Assembly: GCA_963792585.1 (NCBI GenBank)
Contig: CAWBWI010000003.1
Location: forward strand, 800,001 to 864,000
Length of the DNA: 64,000 bases
Reading direction: 5' to 3'
DNA from: Candidatus Eiseniibacteriota bacterium
GTDB taxonomy: Bacteria; Eisenbacteria; RBG-16-71-46; CAIMUX01; VGJL01
How positions within the stretch are numbered: position 1 is the first letter of the stretch; each line of letters begins with the position of its first letter. Made by a program: the position numbers and the translations under genes. The notes below the pieces were generated by a model, which was not told the DNA's origin, did not search any database, and saw only the letters and a list, made by a program, of their open reading frames with translations. Shown here piece by piece: positions 61,976 through 64,000 of this stretch.

Positions 61976-63586
61976 CTATCCCAGATCGAAGGGACTCCCC
62001 TGCCCTGTCCTGCCGGTCGCGACGACCCGGATCGCCGCCGCCCCGTCCACCGGGCACCGGAACTCGCAGATGCCGCACCCAACGCAGCGATGCGGATCGA
62101 TGAGCGGCCGGCGGAGATGGCGGGTCGAGCCGTCGAGACCGCGCGCCTCCACGTCCTCGAGGACGATCGCCTTGGGCGAGGTCGGGCAATGCTCTTCGCA
62201 GACGATGCAGGGCGTCGCGTATGCATAGGGAAGACACCGTCCCGGATCGACGTAGGCAAGCCCGATGACCGTCGTCTCTTTCTCCCCGGCCTGGAGACGG
62301 AGGATCGCACCGGTGGGACAAACCTGTCCGCAGAGCGTGCAGTGGTACTCGCAGTACCCGTGGCGGGCGCGCAACACCGGTGTCCAGAGCCCCGCGGGAC
62401 CGGCTTCGAGGGCCGCGGGGTGGAGTCCGTTGCCGGGGCAGACCTTCATGCACTCGCCGCAGCGTACGCACCGATCGAGGAACTCCTCTTCGGTCCCGGC
62501 GCCGGGCGGACGGATCAAGGTATCGGGAGGGACAGCCCTCGCCGGTGAGATCCTTCCGATCGGCCCGGAGACGAGACCGAGCCCGAACGCGAGCAGAACG
62601 CGGCGCCGGCCGGGACTGAGCGGGGCACTCGCGTGCGCTTCCGACGGACGCGTCGTGGAAGCCCTTCGTGATCGACCCCACCGCCGCGCGATCCGCGGGA
62701 CGGTGAAGCCGAAGGAGAGTCCAACGCCCTTCTGCCGGCAGCTCGCCGTGCAATTGCCGCACACGAAGCACTCCGACGGTCTCCAGCCGTTCGTCATGTT
62801 GGGATCGGCTGCGCCCTGGCAGTGGAAGGTGCAGACCGCGCACCCGGTGCAGACCGACTCCTGCTGCTTGAGGGCGAGCGATCCGGCCTGCGCGACGGCG
62901 CCAAGCAGTCCGCCGAGCGGGCAGAGGACGCGGCACCAGAAGCGGCGCCGGACCCAGGAGAGCGCGAGCAATGCCAGAAGGACGGTTGCGAGCAGCGCGC
63001 CCTGCTCGAAGCGGGGGGCGCGCGGCGCGAAGAAGGCGTCGCGCAAAGCCCCGTAGACCGGTTCGGTGACGGGCGCGAGCGGGCCGCCCGCAGCCGCGGC
63101 GGCGCCGGCGCGCACGAGCGCCTCGATCGGCGGGCCGAATCCGACCGCGAGGGATCGGATCAAGAGCGAGATCGGATCCAGGATGCCCGTCCAGAGCGCC
63201 CCCGTCGCGGCCCCGCCGAGCACGAAGACGAGGATGAGGTACTTCCAGCGTTGCGAAGGCCTCCATCGATCGGCGGTCCGCTCGTCGCGGCGGTCGTGAT
63301 GGAGCCGCCCCGAGATCTGCGAGAGGGTTCCGAGCGGGCAGACCCAGCCGCAGAAGAACCGGCCGAGGACGAAGGTCGCTACAAGGGTGACGAGCGACAG
63401 TCCCATCAACCCGTGGAGGGCATGGGTGCGCAGCCAGGTCGTGATGCCGATCAGCGGGTCGATCTCGAGGAAGATGCGGACGGGGGAACCGAGTTGGTCC
63501 TGTCCGATGCCGACCGTGCGTCCGAGGAGATAGAAGAAGAGCGCGAGGCAAACGAGCTGGACGATGATCCTGGTTCTGCGGAGCAT
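61976..63586 (-). CDS. Membrane polyferredoxin (NapH/MauN-like plus NapG/MauM-like 4Fe-4S domains)
   Basis: GRFFCGWVCPLG, RFWCRVLCPLG, CxxCxxCxxxC motifs, IRPPGA..EEEFLDRCVRCGECMKVCP. Confidence 0.88.
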   Translation of the reverse strand: MLRRTRIIVQLVCLALFFYLLGRTVGIGQDQLGSPVRIFLEIDPLIGITTWLRTHALHGLMGLSLVTLVATFVLGRFFCGWVCPLGTLSQISGRLHHDRRDERTADRWRPSQRWKYLILVFVLGGAATGALWTGILDPISLLIRSLAVGFGPPIEALVRAGAAAAAGGPLAPVTEPVYGALRDAFFAPRAPRFEQGALLATVLLALLALSWVRRRFWCRVLCPLGGLLGAVAQAGSLALKQQESVCTGCAVCTFHCQGAADPNMTNGWRPSECFVCGNCTASCRQKGVGLSFGFTVPRIARRWGRSRRASTTRPSEAHASAPLSPGRRRVLLAFGLGLVSGPIGRISPARAVPPDTLIRPPGAGTEEEFLDRCVRCGECMKVCPGNGLHPAALEAGPAGLWTPVLRARHGYCEYHCTLCGQVCPTGAILRLQAGEKETTVIGLAYVDPGRCLPYAYATPCIVCEEHCPTSPKAIVLEDVEARGLDGSTRHLRRPLIDPHRCVGCGICEFRCPVDGAAAIRVVATGRTGQGSPFDLG

Positions 63587-63587
63587 C

Positions 63588-64000
63588 TCAGCTTCCCGGC
63601 ACCTCGACGCTTCGTTCCTCCATGGGCGTCCAGGTCGAGCGACCCAGACCCCGCTCCACCGCCATCGCGATGTGGGGAGCATCCTCCACCGAGCGTTCGA
63701 GGAATCTGATTGCCCTCGCCTCGGCGGCGACCATGTCGGCGGAAGCGACCACGGTGTCGAGGCGGAGCACGTCGTCGAGGCTCCCCCCTTGGGGTCCCCC
63801 CCTCGTCAGGACCCGGACCCCGTCGATGAGCGTCAGTTGAGGCTTGAAGAAGGCCGCGAGGTCCACGACCGAATTGCCGATCTCCTGATGCAGCCGATTC
63901 CGCGGTCCCCCGATCGCGCCGAGCCAGTTCTTCATGCCGAGCGTGATCCCGGAAAGGCCATGGTGCTTCGCGATCGGAACGTTGATCAACACATCCCGCT
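63588..64000 (-). CDS. DUF362 domain protein, 5'-partial
   Basis: LINVPIAKHH...TLGMKNWLG...LH, LTLIDG, GGPQGG, DMVA. Confidence 0.85.
   Translation of the reverse strand, partial: RDVLINVPIAKHHGLSGITLGMKNWLGAIGGPRNRLHQEIGNSVVDLAAFFKPQLTLIDGVRVLTRGGPQGGSLDDVLRLDTVVASADMVAAEARAIRFLERSVEDAPHIAMAVERGLGRSTWTPMEERSVEVPGS

Overview
High-GC bacterial DNA with about 38 protein-coding genes; no rRNA, tRNA, CRISPR array, integrase or transposase was recognised. The many secreted proteins ending in a FlgD-Ig/T9SS-CTD-like domain or a short (S/T)WG-x-(I/V)-(K/R)-x-L-(Y/F)-R tail suggest an FCB-related candidate lineage such as Ca. Eisenbacteria (inference). About 13 single-base frameshifts in otherwise intact genes look like long-read errors. 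In order: glycosyltransferase, M29 and M28 peptidases, an IPT-repeat cytochrome c lipoprotein, a PAP2/psd/pssA lipid cluster, a metal-uptake operon with a CxxC/RGPP leader peptide, an orphan degenerate GspE/PilB protein with MshEN motifs, Tat-TldD/TldE/aldehyde dehydrogenase, a ~22-kb array of FlgD-tailed secreted proteins, a TPR-sigma54 activator beside two WG-tail proteins and a sigma54 promoter, amtB-porin-two-component genes, fumC, a Kelch protein, and a DUF362/polyferredoxin/19-heme CbcL-like redox cluster. The array includes two tandem giant genes, each with three 7-bladed RCC1/BLIP-II-like propellers whose loop positions are hypervariable. The least explained signal is a ~75-nt non-coding element placed in exact register after the stop codons of unrelated FlgD-tailed genes, containing a covarying 38-nt hairpin starting 35 nt after the TGA.
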